Sequence record: KP869100
Length of the DNA: 64,000 bases
Reading direction: 5' to 3' (one strand)
From: Escherichia typing phage 1
In this document: positions 36,726 through 47,515 of the stretch, one piece after another
How the letters are laid out: the number at the start of each line of letters is the position of its first letter
Position numbering within the stretch: the first letter of the stretch is position 1
The notes under the pieces: generated by a model
Seen by the model: the letters and a program-made list of their open reading frames with translations, nothing else
Told to the model about the DNA's origin: nothing
Databases searched by the model: none
Made by a program: the position numbers and the translations under genes

Positions 36726-36912
36726 CTCTTCGTTGTAGTTCTGCCTTCAATCCATTTTCAATCTTGTCCAGTTCATGAATTTCATCTGCAATCTCTTTCC
36801 TTCGTGATTCAACTCTCTTAAGACGTTCAATCATTACCTCATTGGAAAGAGATGAGAGTTCCACTAAACGGTGGTCAATAACTTTAAAATTGTCTTTTAC
36901 TCTCATCTTCAT
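36712..36912 (-). CDS. hypothetical small protein
   Basis: 66 aa; coiled-coil-like. Confidence 0.4.
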   Translation of the reverse strand: MKMRVKDNFKVIDHRLVELSSLSNEVMIERLKRVESRRKEIADEIHELDKIENGLKAELQRRGANV

Positions 36913-36920
36913 TATCTCTT

Positions 36921-37664
36921 TTAAACTTTAATGATGGCTCTTAGCTTGTTCTCAAGGTCTGCAAGAGTACCATTATTATGAATAATGTCACGCTCATATT
37001 TTGTAGAAATCCCATTTTCTGAAACATGTGATGAAACCTTGTCCACATTGTCTCTTTTTACTTCAATAGTTTGGTGTGCAAATCTACTCAGCCATTCAGC
37101 TTCAGAGTCAAATCTTAAATCACTGATTAAGACAAAACCATATTGATTTCTAAGTGAGCACATTTCATGGAATCTAACCATTCTTTTTTCAAGGTCTTTA
37201 GACCAGAACTTGTCGCCCATTACTTTACGGACAACTTCAGTACCCCAAATCTGTTGAATTTGTCTTGATGAGAATTTATACTTTTTACTAAATCCCAGAC
37301 GTGTTAATAGGGTAGGTTTAGCAACCTTCTTAAGCTCCATGATTAATCGTCCGGTTAACTCTGACATAAGCTTGAAGTCCATATGGTAACGTTCATCTCT
37401 GAAGGTGAACTCCATAGCTTCCGTAACTTTAAACATCAGTTCAGGATATGATAAGTCAAATACTTGTGGAGTCTCTTTAGTTTCACCATACAGGTCATTC
37501 CAAGTCAGGTCAAATATCTTTGATGCAGACAGTTTAAGGTTGTCTGCAAAGGCCATTACAGCAACATTGTAGCCGTACTCATCCTCTAAGATGTTCTTCA
37601 CAATAGAACATGAGGTGTCTTTTCCAGAACGTGCCTTTCCAGTAAATGCGATAATATTACTCAT
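36921..37664 (-). CDS. deoxynucleoside monophosphate kinase
   Basis: 247 aa; N-terminal IIAFTGKARSGKDT P-loop resembling T4 gp1. Confidence 0.65.
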   Translation of the reverse strand: MSNIIAFTGKARSGKDTSCSIVKNILEDEYGYNVAVMAFADNLKLSASKIFDLTWNDLYGETKETPQVFDLSYPELMFKVTEAMEFTFRDERYHMDFKLMSELTGRLIMELKKVAKPTLLTRLGFSKKYKFSSRQIQQIWGTEVVRKVMGDKFWSKDLEKRMVRFHEMCSLRNQYGFVLISDLRFDSEAEWLSRFAHQTIEVKRDNVDKVSSHVSENGISTKYERDIIHNNGTLADLENKLRAIIKV

Positions 37665-37725
37665 TTTATCTCCCTTAATTACTAAAAAGCCCCCAACTAA
37701 GGAGGCTTGTAAGATTTATAAAGAC

Positions 37726-38526
37726 TTAGTGCAGTTGCTCAGCAGACTCTTTTTCAGCCATAGCTGAGATTTGCTTCACAAAATCATCACCGAAGTTAAT
37801 GCGTAGTTTCTCTTCAATGATTGAAGCACCGATGTTCACCAAAACATCATTGATTGCTTGCATACTAACGCCACCAGTCATCTCTTCAATGAACTCAATA
37901 CTTACACCCATCATCTGTGAAAGTTGGATTAGTGCAACGATATTCATCATCGTAGAGATAGCTGGAATCATCAGTGCAACTTTCACCTGAAGAGGTTCTA
38001 TATCAGCTACAGAGTCATCTTCAACAGCTTCTTCCAAAGACTCTTTAGTTTGCTGGATAATTTCTTTGATTCGTGGGCTTAACTCTTCTACGCCCCAATC
38101 AAGTTTTTCATATCGTGAAAGTTTCTCTTCCATGCGCTTCTCAAGAACTGCCATAACAGCACTTGTTGATGAGATTAGTGTGTCAATAAGGAAATCAGTA
38201 TCCTTAGTCAGCAATAGTTCCTTTTCTTCATCTGACATCCTGATATAGTCATTCTTTTGCATTTCATAAAAAATGAACTCTGCAAGCGCATCAACACCGA
38301 CTGCAATAGATGCAAGGGCAAGTGTAGTATCTGACAACATCATATTAACCTGCTCTGCAAAAGCACCGTTATCAGTTTTATCTTCAGGCAAGTTATAGCT
38401 TTTTGGCATAAACTGTTCTGTATAGTTATTTCCACGAAGAATCATAGCCATGCTTTCTACATCATTGATTAAAAATGCTTCATCAATACCTTTTTCTTTA
38501 AGCATTTGGTCTACAGTAGTATTCAT
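37726..38526 (-). CDS. hypothetical acidic protein
   Basis: 266-aa ORF. Confidence 0.5.
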   Translation of the reverse strand: MNTTVDQMLKEKGIDEAFLINDVESMAMILRGNNYTEQFMPKSYNLPEDKTDNGAFAEQVNMMLSDTTLALASIAVGVDALAEFIFYEMQKNDYIRMSDEEKELLLTKDTDFLIDTLISSTSAVMAVLEKRMEEKLSRYEKLDWGVEELSPRIKEIIQQTKESLEEAVEDDSVADIEPLQVKVALMIPAISTMMNIVALIQLSQMMGVSIEFIEEMTGGVSMQAINDVLVNIGASIIEEKLRINFGDDFVKQISAMAEKESAEQLH

Positions 38527-38527
38527 A

Positions 38528-38950
38528 TTATTTCTCTCTCAGTTGGTTAAGTTTCTTTCTAGAGCATTTTAAGTTTTCAGATGAAGAAAAGTCAAGTGTC
38601 TTTTCAGAACGTGGATAGTAATGCCTGTCCCAAGAAGTTTCAACATCGTTAATCAGTGATGCTAGATTACACAGGTCTGTACCACTTTGCAACCTCTTTT
38701 TAAGAGAATCTAGTAAAGCAACTGTATCTTTAGCTTTACGTCTAGCTATAGCAACGTCTTTCATATGCTCGAACACAGAGCATTTTAAGTCATCTTCATA
38801 GTCTTCTGATAACTCTATTTCATGTTGTATATCAACCATTCTCCTGTGATGGTGAGCATATTCCCGTTGAGCAGCAATGTCAAGTTCTTCCAACTTCTGC
38901 AAAGCTCTAACAAAGTCAGCTATGTCTGGGTGAACAAACATTTTCTGCAT
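38528..38950 (-). CDS. hypothetical protein
   Basis: 140 aa; first gene of the minus block after the divergent region. Confidence 0.5.
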   Translation of the reverse strand: MQKMFVHPDIADFVRALQKLEELDIAAQREYAHHHRRMVDIQHEIELSEDYEDDLKCSVFEHMKDVAIARRKAKDTVALLDSLKKRLQSGTDLCNLASLINDVETSWDRHYYPRSEKTLDFSSSENLKCSRKKLNQLREK

Positions 38951-39207
38951 GTAAGCCTCTTTTAAGTAACTATTAAGTTTTAATCTTTTATCTTAACGTA
39001 TTCTATACGTTATACTTTAAAGCTTTTTAAAAGCTATTAAATAATCTTTTAAGAGTTTTAAAGTATCTGTATAGTTAAACTGTTAAGTAACCTTTTAAGT
39101 AAAAACCCACTTCGCAAAGATTAACACCTTGTCAAGTACATTGTCAACTTGCTTTTTATAATTTTTTGCAGTAATGTATGAGGTTAATGATTTTAGAGGG
39201 AGTAAAA
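38951..39207. promoter_or_regulatory. AT-rich divergent intergenic region
   Basis: 257-bp AT-rich spacer between divergent blocks; TTGTCA and TATAAT-like hexamers present but spacing non-canonical. Confidence 0.4.
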
Positions 39208-41907
39208 ATGGAAAACGTAGATTTTAAAAACTTACATTTAGTTGGTGATACAGAAACTGATGGTTTACTCCTTGAGTTCACTAAAGTTCACGTAATGGCT
39301 TTCGCAGACTACAAATCTGACGACGAAGAACCACCAGTATGGGTCTTTACTGATGAGCCTATTCTCGGTCACAAGTACACTAAGTACATCAAGGGTGGAT
39401 TACGTGAAGGTATTGAGTTTGCGTTGAAGGCAAAACGACTTTGTATCCATAATGGTCTCGGTTATGACTGGTGGGTTTTCAATCACATTGCACCGGATTT
39501 ATGGAACTTTGATAATCCAAAGTGTAAGCCATGGAGTAATTTCTTTCAGGATTCTCTTATCCAGTCTCGTGTTCAGTGGATGGATAGACCAACTCCAAAG
39601 GGTTATAAAGGCGCTCATGGCTTGGCTGCATGGGGTGCTCGTGTTGGTGTTCGTAAACCAGAGATTGAACATTGGGGTGTGTGGAATGCAGAAATCTTCA
39701 CTCGTGTTGTAGAAGATATCCGTATTAACGCCAAAACTAAACGGGCACTTGATAACGAGTATCTCAAGCTTAAGAAGTGTGGTATAGACACTTATGAAAC
39801 TTACATGCGAGCTAAAGAGACATCTTTCTGGATGAGCCAACAAGCTATCAATGGTTGGAAAGCTGATAAGGAGCTTATGGAGTTCCATGTAAAGGAGCTT
39901 GACAAATTGACTAATGAACTTGCTTCAGAGGTTGAACCACATCTACCTCCAACTATTAAGACCAAAGGTAAAGTCACTGGAGAAGAGTTTGCAAAAGCTT
40001 GGAATGAGTATGTTGAAACATTCGGTCATGCAGATGGACTGAAGAGAATTACCAAGTACCCTAAAACAAAGTATCGTCAGCAGGTACGTAACGGTGAGAT
40101 GCAGACATACGAAATCAAGCCATTTGGTAAGCCAACTACAAAGATTTTTAACATTGAAAAGAGAAATTGCTATACACCAACCAACTCTGTAACTGGTGAA
40201 GAGTACAAGGAAGGCTTTGTAGCAATGAAGGATGCTCGTGCAATTTGCAACGAGTTGAATGCAAAGATTGGTAAGAAATGCAAAGACTGGAAGCCAGTAA
40301 AAACTGTTAAAACTGTGAAGTACTATAACAGCCATGTTGTTAACCACTTTGAACTGGAGTCAAGTCGCTACACAGGATTGATTGATGCACCATATACACC
40401 AATTGAGTTTGAAGTTTCTCGTATGACTCAGGTAGCAGTTGTTAAAGACTACTTGAAATCAGTTGGTTGGATTCCAGATGACTGGAATTACAAGAAAGAC
40501 TCAGATGGTCGCCCTGTCAAAGTTTGTCGTTTCAAAGACAATAAAAAGATGATTACAAAGCATCCTAAGTGGCAGGAAATGGTTGAGCGGTGTGGTTTGA
40601 GTTATGTTGAACATGAAGGTGTACAGTACATCGAGCATAACTGGTCTGTGAAGAAATACACAGATTTGCTTGAGCCTTGCTTAATCCGTACTTCACCAAA
40701 ACTTACTGAATCATCTTATGATACGATTGAAGGTGAGCTTGGACAGAAGATTGCGAAGTACTATACTTTGATGCACCGACGCAGAACTATTGAGAACTCA
40801 AAGGATGACGAGAAAGGTTGGCTGAACCAGATTCGTCCAGATGGTCGCCTTAGTGCTGGTGCAATGGTATTTGGTACTTCAACTGGACGTATGACACAAT
40901 ATGGTATTGTAAACGTACCGTCTGGTGCTGCTGTCTATGGGGAGCCAATGAGGGCAGTGTGGATTTGTGAAGAAGGTACTAATGTTGTCTCTGTAGACAT
41001 GAACTCAGCCCAGCTAGTTCTCCTTTGTAACTTTATGGGTGACAAAGACTTCACCAAAGCGGTAACGCAAGGTAAAGAAGAGATTGAGTTTATTCGTCAA
41101 GAAGATGGACGCTATTACTGCAAACATTTTGATGAGTACCTCAACCCAGAGATTGATAAGTACCTTCGCTATGACTCTGAGAATGACCTTTACGTTGTCT
41201 ATTCAGGGACTGATGCACACACACTGAACAGTATTTACTTTAGCTTGAATGATGAGCAGGATATCTTGACTTGTCGAGCTACTCAGGATGAGAATCTTCT
41301 TCATGAGATTAGCAAGGGTCGTAAGAAAGCTAAGAATGGTATCTATGCACTGCTGTTCGGTGCAGGTGATGAGAAGTTTGCTAAGACAATTAAAGCTGCA
41401 ACTACTCAGGAAGGTGCACTGACTAAACAGACTTACTTTATCCGTTTGCCTAAAATTAAGAAGCTGCTAGATGACTTGGAAGCTGACTACAAAGCGACTA
41501 AAAAGGCACTTGAAGAGGTGTTTGGTAAGACTGCTGCAATCTCTAAAGGGGGTTTTGTAAAGGTTGCTGGAGCTTGGTTGTGGTGTAAATCTCCACACAA
41601 ACTGTTGAACTATCTTTTGATGGGTTCAGAGGCCCAGATTCAAAATGAGGCAATTAACCTTGCTTGTCGTCGTATGATTGACGAAGGTTTGATGAAGTTG
41701 AATGGGCGTCAACCAGCTATTGGTGCTCGTTTACTCTGCGCATATCACGATGAAACAAGTTGGGAATGTCCAGAAAGTATGACGGCAGAAGTGAAAGCAG
41801 TTACTGACTGGTATTATGGACAAGCTTCTAAGAACTTAGGTCTTAAGAAAGAAACACTTGTAACAGGTACTGGTAAGGTTGGTAAAAGCTGGCTTGAAGT
41901 ACACTAA
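39208..41907 (+). CDS. DNA polymerase, family A, with 3'-5' exonuclease domain
   Basis: Start moved to the ATG at 39208 behind a GAGGGAG SD; exo motif LVGDTETDG; Pol A-like motifs VDMNSAQLVLL, KNGIYALLFGAG, LLCAYHDE. Confidence 0.9.
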   Translation: MENVDFKNLHLVGDTETDGLLLEFTKVHVMAFADYKSDDEEPPVWVFTDEPILGHKYTKYIKGGLREGIEFALKAKRLCIHNGLGYDWWVFNHIAPDLWNFDNPKCKPWSNFFQDSLIQSRVQWMDRPTPKGYKGAHGLAAWGARVGVRKPEIEHWGVWNAEIFTRVVEDIRINAKTKRALDNEYLKLKKCGIDTYETYMRAKETSFWMSQQAINGWKADKELMEFHVKELDKLTNELASEVEPHLPPTIKTKGKVTGEEFAKAWNEYVETFGHADGLKRITKYPKTKYRQQVRNGEMQTYEIKPFGKPTTKIFNIEKRNCYTPTNSVTGEEYKEGFVAMKDARAICNELNAKIGKKCKDWKPVKTVKTVKYYNSHVVNHFELESSRYTGLIDAPYTPIEFEVSRMTQVAVVKDYLKSVGWIPDDWNYKKDSDGRPVKVCRFKDNKKMITKHPKWQEMVERCGLSYVEHEGVQYIEHNWSVKKYTDLLEPCLIRTSPKLTESSYDTIEGELGQKIAKYYTLMHRRRTIENSKDDEKGWLNQIRPDGRLSAGAMVFGTSTGRMTQYGIVNVPSGAAVYGEPMRAVWICEEGTNVVSVDMNSAQLVLLCNFMGDKDFTKAVTQGKEEIEFIRQEDGRYYCKHFDEYLNPEIDKYLRYDSENDLYVVYSGTDAHTLNSIYFSLNDEQDILTCRATQDENLLHEISKGRKKAKNGIYALLFGAGDEKFAKTIKAATTQEGALTKQTYFIRLPKIKKLLDDLEADYKATKKALEEVFGKTAAISKGGFVKVAGAWLWCKSPHKLLNYLLMGSEAQIQNEAINLACRRMIDEGLMKLNGRQPAIGARLLCAYHDETSWECPESMTAEVKAVTDWYYGQASKNLGLKKETLVTGTGKVGKSWLEVH

Positions 41908-41968
41908 TTAGTATTGACAAGGTGCTCATGGAAGAGTACCTTATACTGTATCTTGTATAGGAGGTCTC

Positions 41969-42187
41969 ATGACACTTTCAGACGTTATTCAGCAACTTCA
42001 CGACAACTGCTATACTCCAGAGTTGATTCAGGAGATGCTTATTGTGGTGATGCCTAGTAAGTTCGTAAAAGGTTTTAATAGTGAATCTTTAAGGTCTGCA
42101 CATATCCTTATTGTTGACGGTAAGATTGCAAGAGACCGTACAGGTGTTCTTAAGGGTGAACGCATTGATATCTTGGAATTGTTATGA
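41969..42187 (+). CDS. hypothetical small protein
   Basis: 72 aa; AGGAGG SD upstream. Confidence 0.45.
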   Translation: MTLSDVIQQLHDNCYTPELIQEMLIVVMPSKFVKGFNSESLRSAHILIVDGKIARDRTGVLKGERIDILELL

Positions 42188-42344
42188 ATAGGTTATATAG
42201 TCTCTGGGGAAGGATGGGTAAAGACTCTGATTGGAACCTACTAAAAACAAACGTAAAAAGTAATGAGATAGCGTACTACAAAATTCATTACTACAAAACT
42301 TTCAGAGAGCTTGAGTATCGTGAACAACAGACAGGAGAAGTATT

Positions 42345-42581
42345 ATGTGGAAATCAGTAATTGTGCTTGGTGTTATTTTTCTAGCTGGCTGCAATCCTTC
42401 TTATGAAGATAAAAATGCTTCTTATAGCCTCCCACCAGAGATGCAAGATTGCAAAGTCTATAAGTTGCATGGTGATGCCATAAGTAGAGACATTGTTGTT
42501 GTCAGATGTCCAAACTCTCAAACGACAACATCTTATAGTTATGGAAAAAATGGTCAATCACACACTACGGTTATTGAGTGA
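42345..42581 (+). CDS. small lipoprotein
   Basis: 78 aa; signal with lipobox VIFLAGC. Confidence 0.45.
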   Translation: MWKSVIVLGVIFLAGCNPSYEDKNASYSLPPEMQDCKVYKLHGDAISRDIVVVRCPNSQTTTSYSYGKNGQSHTTVIE

Positions 42582-42591
42582 GGTTTTCACG

Positions 42592-42798
42592 ATGGAAGTC
42601 CTAGTAAACTATATCTATTGTTATGATGTTGTTCACTCCACTACAACCGTAGCTCAACGTAACCCAATCGTCCCACGAGAAGGTGAATTGGTTCGCATTG
42701 AGGGTTGGACTTACACTGTGGAAAGTATCATTCATAAGTTTGATGTTGCTGGTGATGTTCAAGTTATCGACGTAGAGATTGGTGGTAAGAGAAAATGA
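42592..42798 (+). CDS. hypothetical small protein
   Basis: Track ORF trimmed to the ATG at 42592. Confidence 0.4.
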   Translation: MEVLVNYIYCYDVVHSTTTVAQRNPIVPREGELVRIEGWTYTVESIIHKFDVAGDVQVIDVEIGGKRK

Positions 42799-42953
42799 AA
42801 CCTAAGCAAACAATGACAGATGCAACCTTCACAGTGCGCAGTTTCGAAAGGTTGCACATCAAAGATGCAAAAGATACACCAAAATGCGTTGTGCATTTCA
42901 TTAAAAGGCGTAGTAACATGTCATATATGAAATCTGACAAAGGCAAGAGATAA
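42795..42953 (+). CDS. unlisted 52-aa ORF
   Basis: ATGA overlap with the previous gene; hand-translated MKPKQTMTDATFTVRSFERLHIKDAKDTPKCVVHFIKRRSNMSYMKSDKGKR. Confidence 0.3.
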   Translation: MKPKQTMTDATFTVRSFERLHIKDAKDTPKCVVHFIKRRSNMSYMKSDKGKR

Positions 42954-43145
42954 ATGAACAAAGAAGATAAGCATAAAAATGCTGTACGAACTCCTGATGG
43001 AAAGGTTCAATCCTTCATCCTGACAGTTGGTGGAAAGCCGTTTCGTTGCCACTGCGGAGCGAACTGTTTTCATAAACCAGATAAAAACGACTTAGAGCTT
43101 TACGCATGTAATGCTTGCAATACTTGGTATCACTCAGAGGAATAA
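42954..43145 (+). CDS. small zinc-binding protein
   Basis: 63 aa; CHC-x3-C ... C-x2-C arrangement. Confidence 0.45.
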   Translation: MNKEDKHKNAVRTPDGKVQSFILTVGGKPFRCHCGANCFHKPDKNDLELYACNACNTWYHSEE

Positions 43146-43146
43146 A

Positions 43147-44247
43147 ATGACAATACTGTACAAACAAAATAAAGATGGCTCTTTTAACATCTGGTCATGT
43201 GTTGCTGTAGGTGACAAAGTTATTACAACCTACGGTAAAGAAAATGGCAAGATGATGTTTGAAGAGTATACAGCAGAACCTAAAAACATCGGTAAAAAGA
43301 ATGAGCGTAACGCTGAACAGCAAGCTCTCTTTGAAGTTGCTGCAAAGTATAAAAAGCAAGTTGACCGTAAAGGTTATGCTTACACAAAAGAGTCTGCACA
43401 GAATACTGAGAAGGTAGGTGTACAGCTTGCTCATGATGCTGCAAAGGTTAGTCATGCAAAGTATCTGAAGTTCCCTGCTGATGCTCAACCTAAACTTGAT
43501 GGTGTCCGTTGTAGGATTTCAAGAGATGCTGATTCAGTTAGCTTCACGGCTTACTCTCGTGAGAATACTGTTTACAACGTCCCAGCAGAACTAATCCCAG
43601 ATTTGCTTTTGTTGCTTAAATTGCATCCACAAGTCGAAGACTTTGATGGTGAGATTTATGCTCATGGTTGGGACTTAGAAGATATTGTATCTATGATTAA
43701 GAATGCTGACAACCCAGACCGTCACCTTCTTAAATTCTACTGGTATGATATCTGTGACAATTCAAAAACTTGGCCTGAGCGTCGTGAAGTTATTGATAAC
43801 TCACCAATTATTGAGCTTGGTGATACCTGTAGAGTTGTTCCTGTACAGACTATCCGTGTAAATTCTTGGGAAGAGTTTGATGAAGCTCATGATAAGTGGG
43901 TTGAAGCTAAGTTTGAAGGTGCAATGTACCGTTCAATCTCTGAAGACTCCTTCTATGAGTGTTGTCACCGTTCATACTTCTTGATTAAGCATAAGAAGAT
44001 GCACACTGAAGAGTTTAAAGTGACTGGTGTAAAGACCGATAAACGTGGTCATGGCAAGTTCGTTGTAGAGACTCTTCCTAACGTCTTTGTAGATGTCTCA
44101 TGGAAGACTACTCATGAGAAGAAACAGTATCTTGCTGAGCATCCTGAAGAGTTTATCGGGAAGCCTTTAACGGTTCAGTTCCAGAAGATGACTCGTAAGG
44201 GGTCTTTACAGTTCCCTGTTGGTCTCGTTATTAGGGATTATGAATAG
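43147..44247 (+). CDS. ATP-dependent DNA ligase
   Basis: Start trimmed to the ATG at 43147; adenylation motif I KLDGVRCRI. Confidence 0.8.
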   Translation: MTILYKQNKDGSFNIWSCVAVGDKVITTYGKENGKMMFEEYTAEPKNIGKKNERNAEQQALFEVAAKYKKQVDRKGYAYTKESAQNTEKVGVQLAHDAAKVSHAKYLKFPADAQPKLDGVRCRISRDADSVSFTAYSRENTVYNVPAELIPDLLLLLKLHPQVEDFDGEIYAHGWDLEDIVSMIKNADNPDRHLLKFYWYDICDNSKTWPERREVIDNSPIIELGDTCRVVPVQTIRVNSWEEFDEAHDKWVEAKFEGAMYRSISEDSFYECCHRSYFLIKHKKMHTEEFKVTGVKTDKRGHGKFVVETLPNVFVDVSWKTTHEKKQYLAEHPEEFIGKPLTVQFQKMTRKGSLQFPVGLVIRDYE

Positions 44248-44431
44248 TGAAAAGAGAGATTATCAAGTTTGTAAACCCGGGGAGTTGTTGTCCGGTTCAT
44301 GATAAGTACCCTAGCAACACTTACAAGAATAGGCGCTCTATCAAGAAGAGGTCACTCTTTATTAAGAAAGAGCATAGGCATGTTAGGCGGGTCGTTAAGC
44401 AAAATCTTCATAAAACTTTATTAGAAAGTTG

Positions 44432-44459
44432 TTGACATAGAAAATTTGGTGAGTATACT
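44432..44459 (+). promoter_or_regulatory. sigma70-like promoter TTGACA-N16-TATACT
   Basis: TTGACA at 44432-44437, TATACT at 44454-44459. Confidence 0.5.
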
Positions 44460-44490
44460 GAGCAGCATAAACCAACGGGTACTCACCAGC

Positions 44491-44794
44491 ATCACTTAAG
44501 AGTCTTCTAAGAGGGTTTTTAAGTGATGTGTAGCTTGGTCAGGTATGGTGCGGTGGTGTAAGGTGGTGTCAGGTGTAGTATGGTGCGGTGATGTGAGGTA
44601 TGGGTAGTTAGTCTCAGCTACATTAAAATGAGACTTACCTTTTTAAAAGGTCTTTAAACAGGGTCTTTTAATAAGGTGGGGTGGGGTGGTGTATGGTCTG
44701 GTAAGGTGGGGTGTGGCGCGGTATGGGTGGATGGTAGTAGCCACATTAAAAATCTACCAAGTTTCTAAAGAGTCTTCTGTTGAGGGTTCTTTAC
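44491..44794 (+). repeat. GT-rich repeat units 1 and 2 with conserved large-loop hairpins
   Basis: Units share ACTTAAGAGTCTTCTAAGAGGGTTTTTAAG, a GGTG-rich tract and a terminal hairpin (AGTCTC..GAGACT at 44610-44635; GGTAG..CTACC at 44733-44758). Confidence 0.6.
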
Positions 44795-44816
44795 AAACAA
44801 CTTAACAATCAACTAA

Positions 44817-45422
<606 letters not shown>

Positions 45423-45424
45423 TT

Positions 45425-45865
45425 ATGAATACAAAAGCATTAGCAGCAAAGTTCAGTTACGGTGACACTGTATCACATTCTGAGATGGACACCTTCTTAG
45501 GTATTGTGAAGCCAACTTATCAAGGTGACATTGTTAAGTACGAAGATGAAATGAAGGCTTATGCACTTACACGACTAAACCGACTTGAGAAGTTTATTGA
45601 GAAGCTTCTTAAAGAAGAGAAGATTTATCTTGTTGCTTCAATGGGTGTTGGTTATCGTGTGGTTGAGCCTAAGCATCAAGCGACTATTGCAAAACGTAAA
45701 ATGTCTGGTAAGATTGGTCGTGCTTTAAAGCAAGCCACTCAAGCAATTGAGAATGTGAACACTATGGCACTGAGTCATCAAGAACGTTCACGGCTGATTG
45801 AACAGCAAAACCACTTAGCTGCTATGAAAGCTAACATTAACAAGCAACGTAGAAAACCTTTCTAA
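45425..45865 (+). CDS. hypothetical protein
   Basis: 146 aa; followed by a terminator. Confidence 0.5.
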   Translation: MNTKALAAKFSYGDTVSHSEMDTFLGIVKPTYQGDIVKYEDEMKAYALTRLNRLEKFIEKLLKEEKIYLVASMGVGYRVVEPKHQATIAKRKMSGKIGRALKQATQAIENVNTMALSHQERSRLIEQQNHLAAMKANINKQRRKPF

Positions 45866-45876
45866 GTTGACTATGT

Positions 45877-45899
45877 AGCCTCTTCGGAGGCTCCTTTTT
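45877..45899 (+). terminator. intrinsic terminator (AGCCTC-TTCG-GAGGCT)
   Basis: Perfect 6-bp stem, TTCG loop, then CCTTTTT. Confidence 0.6.
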
Positions 45900-46160
45900 A
45901 AAAGGTCTTTAAGAGGGTCTTTTAATAAGGCTCGGCAATGTTCGGCATGGTCTGGTATAGTCCGGTGCTGTTCGGCGTGGTAAGGTGAGGTATGGGTAGT
46001 TAATCGGAGCTACATAAAAATTCGATTACATCACTTAAGAGTCTTTGAAAAGGGTTTTTAAGTGAGGTTTGGCTCAGTATGGTTATGTGTGGTGATGTGT
46101 GGTTCTGTAAGGTCATGTTTGGTATGGAAGGATGGCAGTAGCCTTATAAAAAATCTGCCA
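45897..46160 (+). repeat. GT-rich repeat units 3 and 4 with conserved large-loop hairpins
   Basis: Homologous to units 1-2; hairpins TAATCG..CGATTA (about 46000-46027) and GGCAG..CTGCC (46132-46157). Confidence 0.6.
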
Positions 46161-46178
46161 AATAAGCTATAAAATCTG

Positions 46179-46213
46179 TTGACAAGTCAGGTGTTATAGC
46201 TTATTTTTATACT
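46179..46213 (+). promoter_or_regulatory. putative promoter (TTGACA-N17-TATTTT, or TATACT further downstream)
   Basis: TTGACA at 46179-46184; -10 candidates at 46202-46207 and 46208-46213. Confidence 0.4.
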
Positions 46214-46251
46214 CAACGTAATACAAAATTTAATATAACTTTGAGGTCATT

Positions 46252-46635
46252 ATGAAAAAGATTTTATTAGCTGCTGCAATGATTATGGCAATGAATTTAC
46301 CAGTCAATGCAACAGAACTGCCAAATGTGAACTTATCAGGTGTCCCAGAGGATACTTGTCAGATTGTAAAAGGTGTTGCTCTAGCTAATGGTGAGCTACT
46401 AAAACCAATTTCTGAAGAGTCTTTGACAGAGATGACTGATAAGGTGACTGACTATCAATATCGCGTTCTTGCAGAGTATTTCCTGCAATCTGCAAATATT
46501 AAAGAGAAGCACCATGATGATATTGATGTACAGGCGATGCTCAACCACCGTATCCAGTTTAAAGAAGATTTGATGCAAAAAGCTATGTATGGTGTTGAGT
46601 ATTTCTTAGAAAACAGAAGCTGCACAGGTATTTGA
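46252..46635 (+). CDS. secreted/periplasmic protein
   Basis: 127 aa; signal peptide MKKILLAAAMIMAMNLPVNA. Confidence 0.5.
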   Translation: MKKILLAAAMIMAMNLPVNATELPNVNLSGVPEDTCQIVKGVALANGELLKPISEESLTEMTDKVTDYQYRVLAEYFLQSANIKEKHHDDIDVQAMLNHRIQFKEDLMQKAMYGVEYFLENRSCTGI

Positions 46636-46636
46636 T

Positions 46637-46849
46637 ATGGCTCTTAAAAAGTTACATCCCAGAAGCGGTTATGGTAAGATAATTGACGATACAGACGGCT
46701 TTACAGTCTTTACAGTCATCTGTCAAGATGATTCACAGATTGAAAAGGCTCTTGATGATTATCTTAATGATGAACGTGAAAAGGTCAGAGCTACAAACAT
46801 AGACTCATTAATTGATACTTCACGTAAACGGAAGAAGAAAGATGAATGA
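46637..46849 (+). CDS. hypothetical small protein
   Basis: 70-aa ORF. Confidence 0.45.
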   Translation: MALKKLHPRSGYGKIIDDTDGFTVFTVICQDDSQIEKALDDYLNDEREKVRATNIDSLIDTSRKRKKKDE

Positions 46850-47141
46850 GGTTTTTGACCCTTATGCTCCACAAGATGATTGGGAGGCTGATAGAGAGGC
46901 TGAAATGGAGAGTTATATTTGTCCAATGGATGTAGACGAAATGAGAGACTTCGTTGCACATCGTTTTAAGAGAGAGATTAAATCCAGAGGTCTTTCTCAA
47001 GAACAAGTCGCTAAAATTTGTGGTATCTCTCAAGCTCGTGTATCCAACATAATCCACCTCACTGGGAATGTCTCTCTTGAGTATATGTTGGAAGTGTGTG
47101 AAAAATTTGGTGTTAATTTCAATTTAAGGTTGGCAGATTAA
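46842..47141 (+). CDS. HTH DNA-binding protein (XRE-like)
   Basis: Start trimmed to 46842; LSQEQVAKICGISQARVSNI is helix-turn-helix-like. Confidence 0.5.
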   Translation: MNEVFDPYAPQDDWEADREAEMESYICPMDVDEMRDFVAHRFKREIKSRGLSQEQVAKICGISQARVSNIIHLTGNVSLEYMLEVCEKFGVNFNLRLAD

Positions 47142-47142
47142 T

Positions 47143-47502
47143 ATGAAACGTGAAAACATTATCCACTCTGAAAACTTCGCATTAGGCTTTTATGGTGCAC
47201 CTACTCACCTTGAAAAGTACTACGGTGTAAAAATTCTTTCCAATCTCATTATGGCTTACAAAGATGGTAAGATTAAGCACACTGAGAAGAAACGTGTCAT
47301 GGGCTACATGGCTGTAGGTTCAGCAATCTCGAACATTAAGCTGGAAACCACTAGCAGTCAGATTGTAAAAGACCACTTCATCAAAGAGCTTTACCATAAT
47401 CTTGACGGTGTAGATGTTCAGGCTGTTTGGTTGGATGTTGATGGTCACAACTACACGAGTTTTGTTTTCAAAAACGATGACATTAAGTGCTTGTTCCCAT
47501 AA
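47143..47502 (+). CDS. hypothetical protein
   Basis: 119-aa ORF. Confidence 0.5.
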   Translation: MKRENIIHSENFALGFYGAPTHLEKYYGVKILSNLIMAYKDGKIKHTEKKRVMGYMAVGSAISNIKLETTSSQIVKDHFIKELYHNLDGVDVQAVWLDVDGHNYTSFVFKNDDIKCLFP

Positions 47503-47515
47503 TAGGTGATTAACT

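Noticed and set aside
39452-40347. ORFs within or antisense to the DNA polymerase gene
   Set aside because: Embedded in a 900-aa gene with Pol A motifs.
41908-41968. TTGACA ... TATACT upstream of ORF 41969
   Set aside because: Spacer between the hexamers is about 22 nt, outside the functional 16-18 range.
44247-44435. 62-aa GTG-initiated ORF after the ligase gene
   Set aside because: Starts on GTG with no Shine-Dalgarno and its 3' end overlaps the promoter at 44432-44459; possible but unsupported.
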